Source of the DNA: Fistulifera solaris
Taxonomy: Eukaryota
NCBI GenBank assembly: GCA_030295235.1
Contig: AP026135.1
Coordinates: 62,001 to 126,000 of the forward strand
Direction of reading: 5' to 3'
Length of the DNA stretch: 64,000 nucleotides
In this document: positions 11,049 through 23,211 of the stretch, in pieces
Numbering within the stretch: position 1 is the first letter of the stretch
Layout of the letters: each line of letters begins with the position of its first letter
The notes under the pieces: generated by a model
The model's input: only the letters and a program-made list of their open reading frames with translations
What the model was told of the DNA's origin: nothing
Database searches by the model: none
Position numbers and translations under genes: made by a program

Positions 11049-12340
11049 TCATAGTGCTTCAACAAAGCCCCGCACTTGTTGCAACGCAGAAGGACAAGCT
11101 ACTAATAAACAATAGATAAGTGTCAGGCGTTCATGTTCCAGCTGCATCCGAACTTCGGCTTTTTGATGCCGTTGCATTGCATTCGCCACGACGATCCCCG
11201 CACGGCCCGCCATTTGTTGTTGTGTCGCGTACTCAGTTTGTTGTTCGTCAAAGGGCATTACCCATCCAGGGGCAAAGCCCGTATACAGTACGGATGGTGC
11301 CGCTTGCCACAAAGGATGAATCCATCGCTTGCCCGACCGTAAGGCTAATTGCAATGGATATTGTCCGTGCTCAGTATCGCGTTGGAGAGGTGAATACACT
11401 TCCAGCAACGGCAGTAGCATGCCATCGTGACTGTGATAGGAGGGACTGGCTGCCCACAGATGTAATGGCGTAGTCTGATCGGGTATTTCGAAAGACTGAT
11501 TTGCTGGATTTGTCGGACGGACTGTGCTCATTGCTGCTGACTCATGCTTGTTTTCATTCGTACGCAACATATGGAAAAGTGGTATTACGGACGGCCGCCG
11601 TGACACGATGCGCGACTCATCCGGTGTAATATAGCCCTGTAACGAAAGTAGGAGATAGGCCACAGGTGCTGGGCAATACCCGTTCCGTGCCAAAACACAC
11701 GTCATATGATGAAAATCACGCAAGGGTGCGCCTCGCGTCATGGGTTGTGTCGTAGGTACACGACACAAGAGTTGCAGGCGTCGTAAAAATTCCAACAGTG
11801 GCAATAACTCGGTGCTTATGGCGCGGTGATCGGGCACATGACCTTGGAGTATGGCTTGTTGTATCATTTCGTATTCGTCCGGATGTTGTAACATTCGTGT
11901 CACACATTCATGCAAGGTTTCGTAACGAACCGTTTGCCAAGGCAATGGATTCCAGTACGTGGAAAGGAAAACATCCATAACAGACTGTCCCAGTTGCGTC
12001 CGTCGTGTATAAAAGTAACTTTTATGATTGATTGTGGATTGCGTGACAAATAATGTATCATTCAAGCTTTTTGAGCCAATCGCATCACGTATTCAAACGT
12101 TTTGAGAGGCAAGCCGTGACTGACGGCATAATGTAACGTCGTCCATCCCGTGCTGGTTGCTTCCCATAAAAGTATGTTCAGGGTAATAGTGTTCTTATTC
12201 GTTGATGTTTCATCTGGAGAACGACACGCCGCTTGAATCAATTCAGACAATTGATGAAAGTTCCCCAAACGAATCGCTTGATGTAACAAGGGAACGAAAC
12301 AGTGTGCGTCGTTCTTTTCTAGAGGCGGATCGAACGACAT
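11049..12340 (-). CDS. Protein with degenerate ankyrin-like repeats
   Basis: GWTTLHYAVSHG, QTTPLHLWAA, GQYPLQLALRSG; two ORFs joined by one indel at the T run ~12068-12072. Confidence 0.6.
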
Positions 12341-12563
12341 GACTCCTCGTCTTGGTCTCACTAGAAACTTTTTCTATTCCTTTTTATAAACACAGAATAT
12401 TTTTTGCTCGTACAATTATATAGTATTGGTTTGAATGATTGAATTGATTATCATGCTTCGATTGTTGAAGAATACCAGGTACATTGAGGCGGAGAATTTT
12501 GAAAACGAAAGACCTTCGTTTATTTGGTTGGGTCGTTCTCTCCCTATAGTGTTAGCACGTCCA

Positions 12564-12641
12564 CAGAAAATCTGAGTGTTTTATTATTCCAAATGACAGA
12601 AAATCTGGGAAAATGATGTTTTCAAGTCTACAGAAAATCTG
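12564..12641. promoter_or_regulatory. Three phased CAGAAAATCTG motifs in a divergent intergenic region
   Basis: Copies start at 12564, 12597 and 12631 (spacing 33, 34). Confidence 0.5.
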
Positions 12642-12792
12642 TGTGTTAGAATTGTAGACGAGCATTTTTGAGTGGCATGTCTTTTAGGCTGCATGCTTTA
12701 TCTTATTTTTATTGTTATTATTCTTTCTTATCTTCTCTACTTTTTAAAGTTCCAAATATTAGCTATCAATAACGTTATAGCACAACTGCACA

Positions 12793-13341
12793 ATGACATC
12801 ACCACCTTCCTCCGAAGATCCGTGGGTGCAAGCTATTCAAGCAGGTGATGTGATTCGTCGTCGGGCCATGATGGCCGAGGAAAACATCCACAACTTTCAC
12901 CCGTCACATTCGGCTTTCTTCTTACCTCCTGGCATCGGGCAGGGTGCCTTGACAGTGGTAGGGACTGCTTTAATCACTTGGCCGTTGCGTCGAGGTCTTT
13001 TTCGTCTACTGAACAAACCCAATCATAAGCAATTTCGGATCTTTTTGGAATTAGTGGTGACACCCCTACAAGCGTTGATTGTCGTACAAGCGGGTTTGTT
13101 GGTGGGGAGTGTGTGCGGAAGTCATCATTACTTGCAACATTTTCTTCAACTACAACAAGAGCAACACAAAAGAGACCAATCATTGGAATCTTCCTTCGTT
13201 CAGGACGTTTGTCAGGAACTAAGGTTGCCCGGTTCTGCGTCGCAGGATAGTACGGCCAGCTCGAATGCGATAACATTATGGACGTCACAACAAATATTAC
13301 AAACCTATCGACAAGTGCTACAGAATTGTCAAGAGAATTGA
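12793..13341 (+). CDS. Hypothetical protein with two hydrophobic segments
   Basis: 182-aa ATG ORF flanked by AT-rich intergenic DNA. Confidence 0.6.
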   Translation: MTSPPSSEDPWVQAIQAGDVIRRRAMMAEENIHNFHPSHSAFFLPPGIGQGALTVVGTALITWPLRRGLFRLLNKPNHKQFRIFLELVVTPLQALIVVQAGLLVGSVCGSHHYLQHFLQLQQEQHKRDQSLESSFVQDVCQELRLPGSASQDSTASSNAITLWTSQQILQTYRQVLQNCQEN

Positions 13342-13532
13342 ATAGAAACAATGATGCCCCTGCACGACTTTTTATGTTTACAATATTTTGTGTTTCAATT
13401 TGATATTTCCCAACTACTGCATCGTTTCGAATCCATTGTTTTCTTCGGCAAAATGAGAGGCGATTCGCTGTCGTAATGACTCGGATAAGGATATGCTACT
13501 GGCTGGTGAACTGGTTATTTGTGTGGGTGTCC

Positions 13533-15425
13533 TTAAAGACGAAAGAGAAGGTGCGGCCGGCAAAGAAACGTCCCCGTTGTACTTTCCTCCATCATCAGAA
13601 ACGAATCTGTTGCAATGGTACTCTCATCCATCCGTCGATCCTCTAATCTTTGTGGTACCTCCTCGTTGTCATGTGGATTGTGAATGTGCCGTCGAACCGA
13701 TTCGTATCGCTTTTTTCGTTCCAAGTCTTTCCAAATGGAATAGATCGATGGCTCACTCGATAACGGAATAGATAGATCGTGGTCGGCAGTTTTGTAAAAG
13801 TAAGGTTGGAGGTTGGAATAGAACGAATCTTGGTCGTCATCGTCATCTTTTGATGGTAACGAATCGCTTGAGAAAGGAACTTTGGGCAATTTTGTAGTAG
13901 CCACACGTTCTGGCATGAATTCCGTCAAGTAAATATTATCATCGTGCATCATGCTGCATTCGACATCTCGAGGAGTTCCCGTGAGACTGGAAGCGACCGA
14001 TTGATTATCGTCATGGTCGACCCGAATTTCGTCGGTCGATGCTTGACTGAACGATTCACGCGGTTTACCGAAATAACTGTCGTCGTCATCTCCATTGAAA
14101 GGAGAAATGCACCAGATCCCAATCAGTACCGCCACGATGAAAGCAATTATCAACCCAATTATTGTGAATGCCTTGCGTCCTGTTTCACTGATTTGTGGTG
14201 CTTCCTTCGTTTGTTCGTCTTCTTGTGGTTTTTCATCATATGTATAAGTATTATTGCTTTGCACGGAACCGTTCGGGATATCCTGATTCAACACAGTTAC
14301 TCTGGCCGTAGCTAGAACCTCATCCTCGTCCAAATGGAGTTGCACAAGTAAGTGATTGGCCAGTGCTATACTTTGTTGTTTCTGGATCTCTTCCGATGCA
14401 TCGATTCGAATGTCTTCGACCGGATCCTTATACAGATTCCCCGTGAAACGAAAGGACGCGTCCGGCTTGGTTTCCTCATACGATCGCGACATTATCTGAA
14501 GTGCCACATTGTGGATTCGGATATCTTCAAGGACAATCGAATCCATCAAATAACGTTCCAGGGCCCGTTGCACCAAAGCATCGAATCCCGAATGCCAGGA
14601 TTCCTGCGCCGTCAAATGCAAATCAAAGCTCATCAATTTGACAATGTCATAATAGACTGCCTGATCATCGCTCGACGGTATTTCCGGTGCCGAAGTCGAT
14701 TGTGTTCTGTCGGGAGATAGTGTGGGTGGGGGTGATTCTTTCACTATACTGATGGAAATTTGAGGGGCTGCTTTCGGAGATCTGGTTGTCTCCGGATTAT
14801 CGGTAGCCATGCCGGTTTCGACCAGGAGGGATTGTGTTGGAGGAGCCGTTAAAGCAACGGGGGATTCTGTTGCAATATTCACATAGCTCATTGCCACAGA
14901 TGGACTGACTGACGCCGACGGAGAAACGGTGGGAAACGCTCGGATGGTGTAATCGTCATTTTTGCTCTCATTGCTCTTGTTCTTCTTTTGCCGCCGAGTG
15001 GGAGAAGCTGTAGGAAAGAATGTTGGGAATGACGTAGGGAACGAGGTCGGCGAGGGTGTACGCTTTCGTTTGTTGCTTTTCTTTTCTTTGATATAGCGGG
15101 TTGGGGATGGCGTCGGAGCAGGATCGCTTCTATGTTTACTATTCTTATTTTCATCATTGTCATCTGGATTGTTCGGACTTGTGATCAATACGGATAGATT
15201 GGAATCATATTCAGGATAAATAGATGGAGCAATTGTGGAAGGATACGCACTCGCGTATTGAAAGAGCTTTCTTTTCCTATCATTCTCAATGGTCGCACCC
15301 TTCAGTTTATCGCCGCGAATTGTGCCTGCGTCAATCGAGAGAGCCAACGGAACCATCCATATTGCTGTGAGAAACGTTTTGCTGTTGATCATGGTCTTAT
15401 TAGATCTCAAGAAGGTAGTCAGCAT
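13533..15425 (-). CDS. Single-pass mucin-like membrane protein (cluster member 1)
   Basis: Signal peptide, RKL, Lys clusters, PT/PS repeats, shared domain (LMSFDLHL...LERYL...FRFTG), TM FTIIGLIIAFIVAVLIGIWCI, long cytosolic tail. Confidence 0.8.
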   Translation of the reverse strand: MLTTFLRSNKTMINSKTFLTAIWMVPLALSIDAGTIRGDKLKGATIENDRKRKLFQYASAYPSTIAPSIYPEYDSNLSVLITSPNNPDDNDENKNSKHRSDPAPTPSPTRYIKEKKSNKRKRTPSPTSFPTSFPTFFPTASPTRRQKKNKSNESKNDDYTIRAFPTVSPSASVSPSVAMSYVNIATESPVALTAPPTQSLLVETGMATDNPETTRSPKAAPQISISIVKESPPPTLSPDRTQSTSAPEIPSSDDQAVYYDIVKLMSFDLHLTAQESWHSGFDALVQRALERYLMDSIVLEDIRIHNVALQIMSRSYEETKPDASFRFTGNLYKDPVEDIRIDASEEIQKQQSIALANHLLVQLHLDEDEVLATARVTVLNQDIPNGSVQSNNTYTYDEKPQEDEQTKEAPQISETGRKAFTIIGLIIAFIVAVLIGIWCISPFNGDDDDSYFGKPRESFSQASTDEIRVDHDDNQSVASSLTGTPRDVECSMMHDDNIYLTEFMPERVATTKLPKVPFSSDSLPSKDDDDDQDSFYSNLQPYFYKTADHDLSIPLSSEPSIYSIWKDLERKKRYESVRRHIHNPHDNEEVPQRLEDRRMDESTIATDSFLMMEESTTGTFLCRPHLLFRL

Positions 15426-15866
15426 TCATTAGCCTTTACCTTGTAGTCTGGCAAAATTGTTTCATTCTTGAAAAAGTGAGGAAAAGTTTTTCAAGGTCAA
15501 CGCATCGGAACGAAAATTTGGGAGTGCTGCATTTTTTGCTTTGTGGTCCAGTGTCCTAAGTCACTGTAGCGAAGGGTGTGGCTTACTCATGAATAAATTC
15601 CAGTCCTGGTAAAGTACGGGCAACACTTTGAGGGTATAGTAAAATTGTGGAGGAGGATCGCAAGGTAGCTACGCGATAATCGAATACACCCCGTATTAGT
15701 TTTCAATTGTGTCTCCGCGTGCTTAATAGTAGTTGTAAAATCAAGTCAAGAACGAAGTTGATTCCGCTAGAAATTCGAAAGTATCCAACGAGTGATTTCT
15801 ACTAGTGAAACATTTTTCTAAAGTAACATAAAGCAAATGAATTTGGAAGCAGACTGCCTATTTCTC

Positions 15867-17078
15867 TCACATATCCAGCGATTCGCAAATACTTCTGTCC
15901 AAGGTATAGGACATGGCATAGGAGGCATAGTCAGGCAACTCATCTTTCACTCTTTGCTCGGTGATACTTGATGTTATCGAAGGAGCGTCCGTATGGTATA
16001 CGATAATAGTTGCCGTGGGGTTGGTGGATCGAGATGTTCTGGAACTCTTGGAGGACGTTTGCGGCTTCAATGGTTCTTCGGGTACTTGCCTTCGGTGACG
16101 GAAGGCCATGTATATGGCACCAGTGCCGATGATGGAAATAAGCACAACAAAAACGCAACCAGCGATGACAATCAAATGGGTAGTACCTTTCCAGTATAAG
16201 TGACCGCCCGCAGCGCCATCCGGAAGCGTACGGCTTTCTACGAATTGTACTTTCGTTACTCTGACTCGAGAAACTGCCATGAAAGGATTCTTGTCAAAGG
16301 TCGCTTGGAGCGATGGTTGATCCATCATCACCTGTAGTTGCTGGATCCAAATAGCATCTGGATTAATACTTTGATCGAGGCCAACATCGTAATAGTAGAA
16401 TCCCTGATAGCGATAGGCACATTCGGTCGTTTCCGGATTGCACGAGACGGTTTTCAATTTGAGTGTAACATTTTTCCCTTCCATACCTGGAGTATTCAAA
16501 TGTGATCCGAGGAACTGTTCGACAGTGGATTGAATGTGTTCATCATCAAAAGATGAGCTCCATTTCGGATCGCGCCACAAATTTAACTCGAACGTTTTCA
16601 AAGGAACGGAGAATGTGACGCTTTGTTGCTGTAAAGGAACTTCTTCGACGTCTTGTTTCGGCAAACTATTCTCTAGGTAAGCCGTCGGACTCAGTGTATC
16701 TGCTTTGCGACCCTTTGCACTGTATGCATCACTTGAGTCGTCTGATGGGTATAATTGTGATTTTTTGGGTGCAGTGGCAGGTTCCATTTCGTTTTCGGTC
16801 CATTCCAATGAGAGAGACTTGGTCTTCTTGTCGGATTTTGGGCTTCGTGTGGGTTCTGATGATGATGATCTAGTAGGACTGCGACTTTTTTCTGATTTCT
16901 TTCTTTTCGGAGTATACGATGGAGGGGAAGCAGGGTAGAACGTCGGACTGCTGATTACAGTCGAACTATCGGCGAGAATGCGTTGCCCGATTGCTTCCGA
17001 AAGGCTCGACCCTACTGCAAGCGAAAGCAAAAGCAGACACCATTGATGTCGGTGTAGTGGAAAAGGATTGCGACGCAT
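15867..17078 (-). CDS. Single-pass mucin-like membrane protein (cluster member 2)
   Basis: Signal peptide from MRRNP, RIL, KKSEKS/KSDKKTK, shared domain (PLKTFELNL...VEQFL...YRYQG), TM LIVIAGCVFVVLISIIG. Confidence 0.8.
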   Translation of the reverse strand: MRRNPFPLHRHQWCLLLLSLAVGSSLSEAIGQRILADSSTVISSPTFYPASPPSYTPKRKKSEKSRSPTRSSSSEPTRSPKSDKKTKSLSLEWTENEMEPATAPKKSQLYPSDDSSDAYSAKGRKADTLSPTAYLENSLPKQDVEEVPLQQQSVTFSVPLKTFELNLWRDPKWSSSFDDEHIQSTVEQFLGSHLNTPGMEGKNVTLKLKTVSCNPETTECAYRYQGFYYYDVGLDQSINPDAIWIQQLQVMMDQPSLQATFDKNPFMAVSRVRVTKVQFVESRTLPDGAAGGHLYWKGTTHLIVIAGCVFVVLISIIGTGAIYMAFRHRRQVPEEPLKPQTSSKSSRTSRSTNPTATIIVYHTDAPSITSSITEQRVKDELPDYASYAMSYTLDRSICESLDM

Positions 17079-17549
17079 TGCGATGGACTTTTTTAGATCA
17101 AAACGTAGACGGTGTCTGTGGTTATCGTCAATGTCGCTACATTTTTCCTTTCGGCGTTGGTAATCTTTTATCGATTCTTGTCGGGACACCAAAATACAGT
17201 GCCTGTCTTTCGCGTCTCGTCCGGCGCGCACGATTGGATGACACGAGCGCGAGACCCGCGAAATTTTTCGCATCGGCATTTTTGTCCTTTGGGATCGTGA
17301 CTCACTTGTATTATTTGCCGGGAATGGCTACTAATTCATAGGCATGACTCTGACTCCTTATGTTTAGACTTGGAACTACAATCGACAAATAGACTCCTAC
17401 AACGTATGCGAACATGAATGTGAATGCTCCAGTCTACGCTCTTCACTCAAGGATCGAACTCCTGAGCGATGCTTCAAGCTGACGGGACATGCACATGAAT
17501 TTACCGAAATAACAATTTTGACTCAAAAATCTGATTAACGAATTCATAA

Positions 17550-18860
17550 TCAAGCACTCCGCTTTCGTCTTAGATAGTATCCCAAAACATCATTTTCGGG
17601 AGATACGGATGCATTTTCTTCATGTCCTTCATCCGTCGGCAAACTATTGTGGTCTTTTTCGTCCTCGACAAATAGTTCCTTTTTCGTTTCCATGACAACT
17701 TGTCCTCCTCGTGACGGATGGCCACTAATCGTATTGGGAACGGATTCTGCCTCCGCCAAGTTTGCCTTGGCCGTATTCATTGGTTGATCGGATGACACAC
17801 TCATGGGCCGCGGCTCGCTCCGTAACACTGCGGGTTCCATGAAGTGCGCCTTGGTGGTCCATTTCTTTGGCCGGGGCGGAGAAGCAGGATCATTCTCTGG
17901 ATCCGAATATCCGTCCATGAGAATACTATCGGTATCAAATTGATGTACGGGAGCACGAATGGGACTCGCCGACATACTATGATGCGTCAATGATTCTTCA
18001 TCTTCCGAGGGCGTTCGTGTTGTGACCACGTAAAAGGAAGCCGGGACGACTTTTCCCATGGGAGTGGACCACGCGATCGATGCCGCGTCGTCCTGAGTCG
18101 GTGGTTTTACTGGGTCGGGTGGTAGCTGATTTTGTTGTTGACTTTTCGGTGGTCGCTGATTCTTCACCCGCCACACAAAAAAAATGAAACACAACACGCC
18201 TCCCAGCAGCACGACGGCAATCACGATCCATATCCATCTTGCAGGATTTCTCTCGTCATGTTGTTTCGGTGCAGGCGGCAAATACCAAAGTAGGGGTTTA
18301 TCTTGCCAGAAAGCATGTAGGGCCACCGTATTGGCCAAAGATGTTAGTTGCAAACGCTGCAATGCCGCAATATCCTCGCTGGTGGGAGGCAAGGCCATGA
18401 GAGCTTCTCCGAGGAATTCATACACAAAGTAAGGCGTTTGCCAATTGATTTGTGTGGCGGTCATGGTGAGGAAAACATCGATCAAAACCGTTTCCGAATA
18501 AATGAGTTGCAATTGTTGCTTCAGATAATCACTCAATTTGTCCGCGAGAATGAGTTCATCATCCGGATGTTCAATAAAAATCATACGAAAGTGTTGCAAC
18601 GGCCATGTTGTCCGAAATTGAGTGATGTTTTGCGTCCTATTGACGAGAGTTTCGGTAGCTTTGGGTGAATTCGTTACGCGTCTCGTCGGAGATAATGTTG
18701 GTGCGAACAAAGAAGCAGTGATAGTCGGCTGCGGCGAAAAGAAGAAAAATCGCAGTTTGGCTTGCTCTACAACCTGCCGCTGCGCTGGAAAGGACTGCTG
18801 GGCTCGCAAAAACGGTAGAAAGAGGATTATACTCGCATATTGCATGCGTCGAAGCGTCAT
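17550..18860 (-). CDS. Single-pass membrane protein (cluster member 3)
   Basis: Signal peptide, short PT stretch, shared domain (PLQHFRMIF...LSDYL...YEFLG), TM WIWIVIAVVLLGGVLCFIFFVW. Confidence 0.75.
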   Translation of the reverse strand: MTLRRMQYASIILFLPFLRAQQSFPAQRQVVEQAKLRFFFFSPQPTITASLFAPTLSPTRRVTNSPKATETLVNRTQNITQFRTTWPLQHFRMIFIEHPDDELILADKLSDYLKQQLQLIYSETVLIDVFLTMTATQINWQTPYFVYEFLGEALMALPPTSEDIAALQRLQLTSLANTVALHAFWQDKPLLWYLPPAPKQHDERNPARWIWIVIAVVLLGGVLCFIFFVWRVKNQRPPKSQQQNQLPPDPVKPPTQDDAASIAWSTPMGKVVPASFYVVTTRTPSEDEESLTHHSMSASPIRAPVHQFDTDSILMDGYSDPENDPASPPRPKKWTTKAHFMEPAVLRSEPRPMSVSSDQPMNTAKANLAEAESVPNTISGHPSRGGQVVMETKKELFVEDEKDHNSLPTDEGHEENASVSPENDVLGYYLRRKRSA

Positions 18861-19338
18861 TGTTGGAAAATGAAAATGAACTCTCAATAATTACGTTGAA
18901 TTCACTGCTTCTCTTGGTGACCTATTTTATATTCTTGTGCGCATTGCCCCCCTCTTCCTTGTTCTTCCACTCTAGATTGGTTACTCTAGAAAATCTACCG
19001 CGTTCAATATTAAGGATCCTTTATTATTTCGGGAGATATACGAGCGCGGCACACCGCAAAAGAATTGTCTTTTGTGTCGTGGGTGCGCGCTCCTGGACGA
19101 CTTTGGGTGCTGTTTTGTGTGCGCACCAACGCCTGCGTTGTGCCCGTTGATTTCGGAGGACGGACGAGGCGGACTTGAACAACTAATATATAAAACGTGT
19201 TATTGGCTCTACTTAAGCAGTGATGTTTTTTCAACTTCCCTCCTTTTTTCGGTGTTCGTCACAAAATAAATTGAACGCAAAACAAAATCAAGTTGCGTGT
19301 TGTTTGCTTGTTTCCTGTTATCCTTCTCACTTTTGAAC

Positions 19339-20053
19339 ATGGTAAACGCGCTACATGTTTACAAAAATCTTTTATGGATCAGCCTAGTGGGCTCACGTAC
19401 AACGACGGAAGCCACATTGAGGAGACGAGAAAAAGAAGAAAAACGTACTGACGACAATGCCCACGACGGCCCCGACAACGGTGCCCACCATCGTCTCTGT
19501 ACCTACAACCATCGCAGCAGCATCTTCCGATTTCATGACGAACGACCAGCAATTATCATTTATATCATTGCGAAATTTTTCGATGCATTTGCAGCCACCT
19601 GTGATGGAAACAGACCGATTGATGCAAAGTATCGAAGCATACTTGCAAGAAGGATTCTTGTGGAATATTCAAACAGTGACCTGGGGAGAGGTGCAACAAG
19701 TAGTATCCTCCGAAGCATCAGCATGGTATTCATTTGGAACCGGAGTGCTGCAGCTAGTCGATAATGTTGATACCAATCATACAGACATGATACAACAGGA
19801 GCAAGTTTCCCTCATGAAAGATACAGCACTCCTCGAATATGTATTGCGACAAGATTTCTTTACTCCGGACTTGAAAGTTCTGCAAGTTCAATTTGCGGGC
19901 GAACCAGCGCTACCGAACGATGCCATGTTTTCCAGTGCACTTTCCAAGGCGCAAAAACTCTCGCTATTGATTTTGAGTGTCTTGCTGCTATTTTCGATTG
20001 CTGCAATCGTATGTTTACGCCGTTATTGGAAAATACAAAGCCGAAAGCTTTAA
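19339..20053 (+). CDS. Single-pass membrane protein (cluster member 4)
   Basis: N-terminal ORF joined by one indel at the A run ~19439-19443 to PTTAPTT, shared domain (LRNFSMHL...IEAYL...YSFGTG) and a C-terminal TM. Confidence 0.7.
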
Positions 20054-20179
20054 TTCGTCTTTGGAGCTCTTGAACTTTCAAAACATTTGATAAGACTATG
20101 GCACTAGCTAGACGAATGCGAAAGCCAAATCAAACACTAAAAGTTACCGTTAACAGGCCGAGTTTTACAAGTGCTTCGT

Positions 20180-21775
20180 TTATCTAGCTGCTTCGGGTTC
20201 TGCCATGAAGTCGTCTTGGGTTTCGTCTTCAAATATTTTGATCTCTTTTTTATTGTCGTCGTCGCCTTCCTCGTCTTCATCCTCGTCGTCTTCCTCTGGA
20301 ATTGTCTGCGGCCGTTTCCATTCGTCAGTTTCGTGAAGATCTTCTTCCGGCACAGCTTCGCCCACCTTGGGTCTTGTTATTTGATAGCGTCGATATACCA
20401 CCAATACACAGAGGACAAAACTAACGATACTCAATAGTCCGGCAATCAATACGAGAAGACTCCGATCGTTGCTGTCAGCGCCAGCGTCACTCGGCGAACG
20501 ATCCTCATTGTCCCCTTCATCCTTCGCTTCCGATAGGGACAAGTCCAAAATCATAAGATTTGGATCGTTCATGCGTTGTTGTAGTTCTGTTTGTATGAAA
20601 TCTACGTCTTCGAGTAATCGTGTTTGATCTTCGTGTACTTCTGCAACCGTCACATCTTCAGCTTCTGTTGCTATTACACTTTTCCCATTCGCGAAGCTAT
20701 AGCCCTGGGCAGTATTTCGCTGTTTGGTAGGCTCGGGTAATGGAAAGATAACAGCCTCTAATCCATCTATTAACAATCCATCGAAAAAGATCGACTCCAT
20801 GCTGTCTCGTAGTTTCCCCGTTTCATTGACTGGATAAGCCAACGTTAAAACAAAATCCAACAATTCGAATTCTCTCGTGTTCAAGGATGGCGGTTCATTG
20901 GATGGCTGCGCGGCAGGGGAATCGTTTGCCTCGGTGGGAGATTCGGTCCTTGTTTGTGTGGGTCCTGGTAGTTCGCCCGATGGCAGAATCGTAGGAAGCA
21001 TGGTAGCGGCAGGAGATAATGTTGGGCGTGTTATCGGCGGTAAGCTAGGGCGGTCGACGGGCTTCTGAGGTGTCGAGGTGGGTTCACGGTCACTTGGATT
21101 ATCCTCATGACCACCGTCGCCATTGTCACCGTCATCCGTATCGTCGCCGGAAGTGACGTCTTTTCCGCCACTCTCATCACCCTTGTCCTTCTTGCTCTTC
21201 TTCTCAGATTTTTTATGGCCGCCGCTATCGTCTTCATCTTCGTACTCGTCGTCAGGGTTCTCACTTTCGTCTTTACTTGTCTTTTTTCTTCTTTTTTGAC
21301 TTCGATGGTCGGCTGTTTGGACGTTTTTCGTGTGAATTGTGATCGTCTTCGTCCTTGTTATCGTCGTCTCTCTTTTTCCCTTGAAGCTGAGACGGGGAGA
21401 GGGTGGGATTGTCGTCTTGGTTTTCGTCAACGTCGTCTTCATCTTTCTCTCGCTTTTTCCCCTGAAGTGAAGGAGGGTTACCCGTTGTCTGATCATCATT
21501 ATCTTCGTTTCCTCCTTGCGTGCCATGTAGCTGAAACATCGGTATTGTCCGACTCTCCTGTTTTTCGTGTGTGTTTTCATTTAGTTTCGTTTCGAGTATT
21601 ATGTCATGTGGTATTAAATGATTAGGCTCGGACCGTGAACTATATCTCCTCGTAGCGCCTTGAGTCTCCTTCTTCTCCGCGTACTGTTACGGGATTCCGC
21701 ATATGGAGCAACAGAGAGCAGGAGCACAACGAGTGTGATGGATCGGCCGAGTCTGCCGGGTTGTATGGATAGCAT
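20180..21775 (-). CDS. Single-pass acidic/Lys-rich mucin-like membrane protein (cluster member 5)
   Basis: Reconstructed start MLSIQPGRLGRSITLVVLLLSVAPYAES-RNSTRRRRRL at 21775; indels near 21630 and 21285; shared domain (LLDFVLTL...MESIF...YSFANG); TM LLVLIAGLLSIVSFVLCVLVVY. Confidence 0.7.
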
Positions 21776-22311
21776 CTCGAACTTGTGTAATCCTTGGATA
21801 GGACCTACAATATCAAAAGGAGGCTGTTATCTCAAGGTTTTGTTGTTCGACGTGTTGATTCATCGCCACAGAGGGATTAAAATTCTCGTCGGTGACACTT
21901 TCGAGGAGTCACGCAACGAAGAAATCATCCTTGTCAAAAAGTGGCGAAAATTTTATTCCTTCAAGGGACACGATTTCGGAGGCTATGTAAGGAAACGTGA
22001 TTTGAAATATATAGTAGACAAATGTAGTGCGCAGGTCTACCGCGGTACTGATTTCGCATATTTAGAAACAATTCCTACGGAGCTTTCGTATTTGGGTCGT
22101 TTTTGCCGTCATGTTAGTCTCAAGCTTTCGGATGACAAAGACACTTTTAGCATTAGATCAGAGCCATCATTCTCATTTCGAGTTTTCGTGCGGTTATTGG
22201 TGTTCAGTTGAATTAGTCGACGTGGGAATAGGATAATAAACAGCTAAAGTAATTAAGAGGCGATAGTTATTCATTATGTTTCGAAGTTTCAAACCATTTT
22301 GTGCACATTTG

Positions 22312-23211
22312 TTATTTCTTGATGGATTTGTATCTGCGATAGCATACAGCAGCAGCGGCGCAAAAGGTAATGAGGCACACGACTGTAGCAGCAATCATGA
22401 GTGCGGCATTCGTTTCATTATCATTTGCCGGATGAATCAGGTGAGCCGATGGAAGCAAGACATTTTGTTCCATAATCTCAATTTCTTGTACTCGAATGGT
22501 TCCGTCTTCGAGTTCTTGTTGCAACGCGCTTTCCACAAACGAAAGGTCGGATAATAGCTCTCTTTGCTGAGTCTGTAGCAACCCCACAGATTCCTTATTT
22601 TCCACAAGAGCACTACCGTCCGAAAACGAATACGTCTGAGAATTTACTTGCGCCGGTGTTGTTGAAAATTGTATCTCTTTGACGTCGACTAACACTATTC
22701 CGAGACGCAAGGTTGTTTCCATACCCTTTTCCAGGCGATCTAAATCGAGGGAGGTTTCCGAGGTAACGGATATTTGAAAGTCTAGCAGAGGCGCTGACAA
22801 AAGGTTTAAGTCGGGTTGCACGGGAACTGATGAACTCAATGTGAGAGTTGGTTGAGTGGTTGGTTCTTTCGTTGGATACAGAGTAGGGATTGGTGCTTCC
22901 CAGTTGACGGATTCTTCCGCTTCATCCTCATCCTCCTCGTCTTCGTATACTTTACTCACAACGGGTGATCTCGTCGGGGCTATTGTAGGAGCCGGTGTCG
23001 AAGAAGTTTTTCCGTCGTCTTTTTTCTTGCCTTTGTCTTTTCCTTTGGGGGTAGTACTACGTTTTGTACCCGGTGGCAACTCATGGGCACGGTCAAAAAT
23101 ATTTTCCCATTGCTGGTCCGAAGGTTGGAGACGTTTTGCCTCCACGAATGATGAGGAGTCACACAGCAGGCAACTATAAAGTCCCAATGTTAGCCATTTG
23201 CAAGATATCAT
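22312..23211 (-). CDS. Single-pass membrane protein (cluster member 6)
   Basis: Signal peptide, KRL, KGKDKGKKK, PT repeats, shared domain (PLLDFQISV...METTL...YSFSDG), C-terminal TM. Confidence 0.8.
   Translation of the reverse strand: MISCKWLTLGLYSCLLCDSSSFVEAKRLQPSDQQWENIFDRAHELPPGTKRSTTPKGKDKGKKKDDGKTSSTPAPTIAPTRSPVVSKVYEDEEDEDEAEESVNWEAPIPTLYPTKEPTTQPTLTLSSSVPVQPDLNLLSAPLLDFQISVTSETSLDLDRLEKGMETTLRLGIVLVDVKEIQFSTTPAQVNSQTYSFSDGSALVENKESVGLLQTQQRELLSDLSFVESALQQELEDGTIRVQEIEIMEQNVLLPSAHLIHPANDNETNAALMIAATVVCLITFCAAAAVCYRRYKSIKK

Noticed and set aside
21660..22211. 183-aa plus-strand ORF within the membrane-protein cluster
   Set aside because: TTG start, antisense to the reconstructed 5' end of member 5, no domain.
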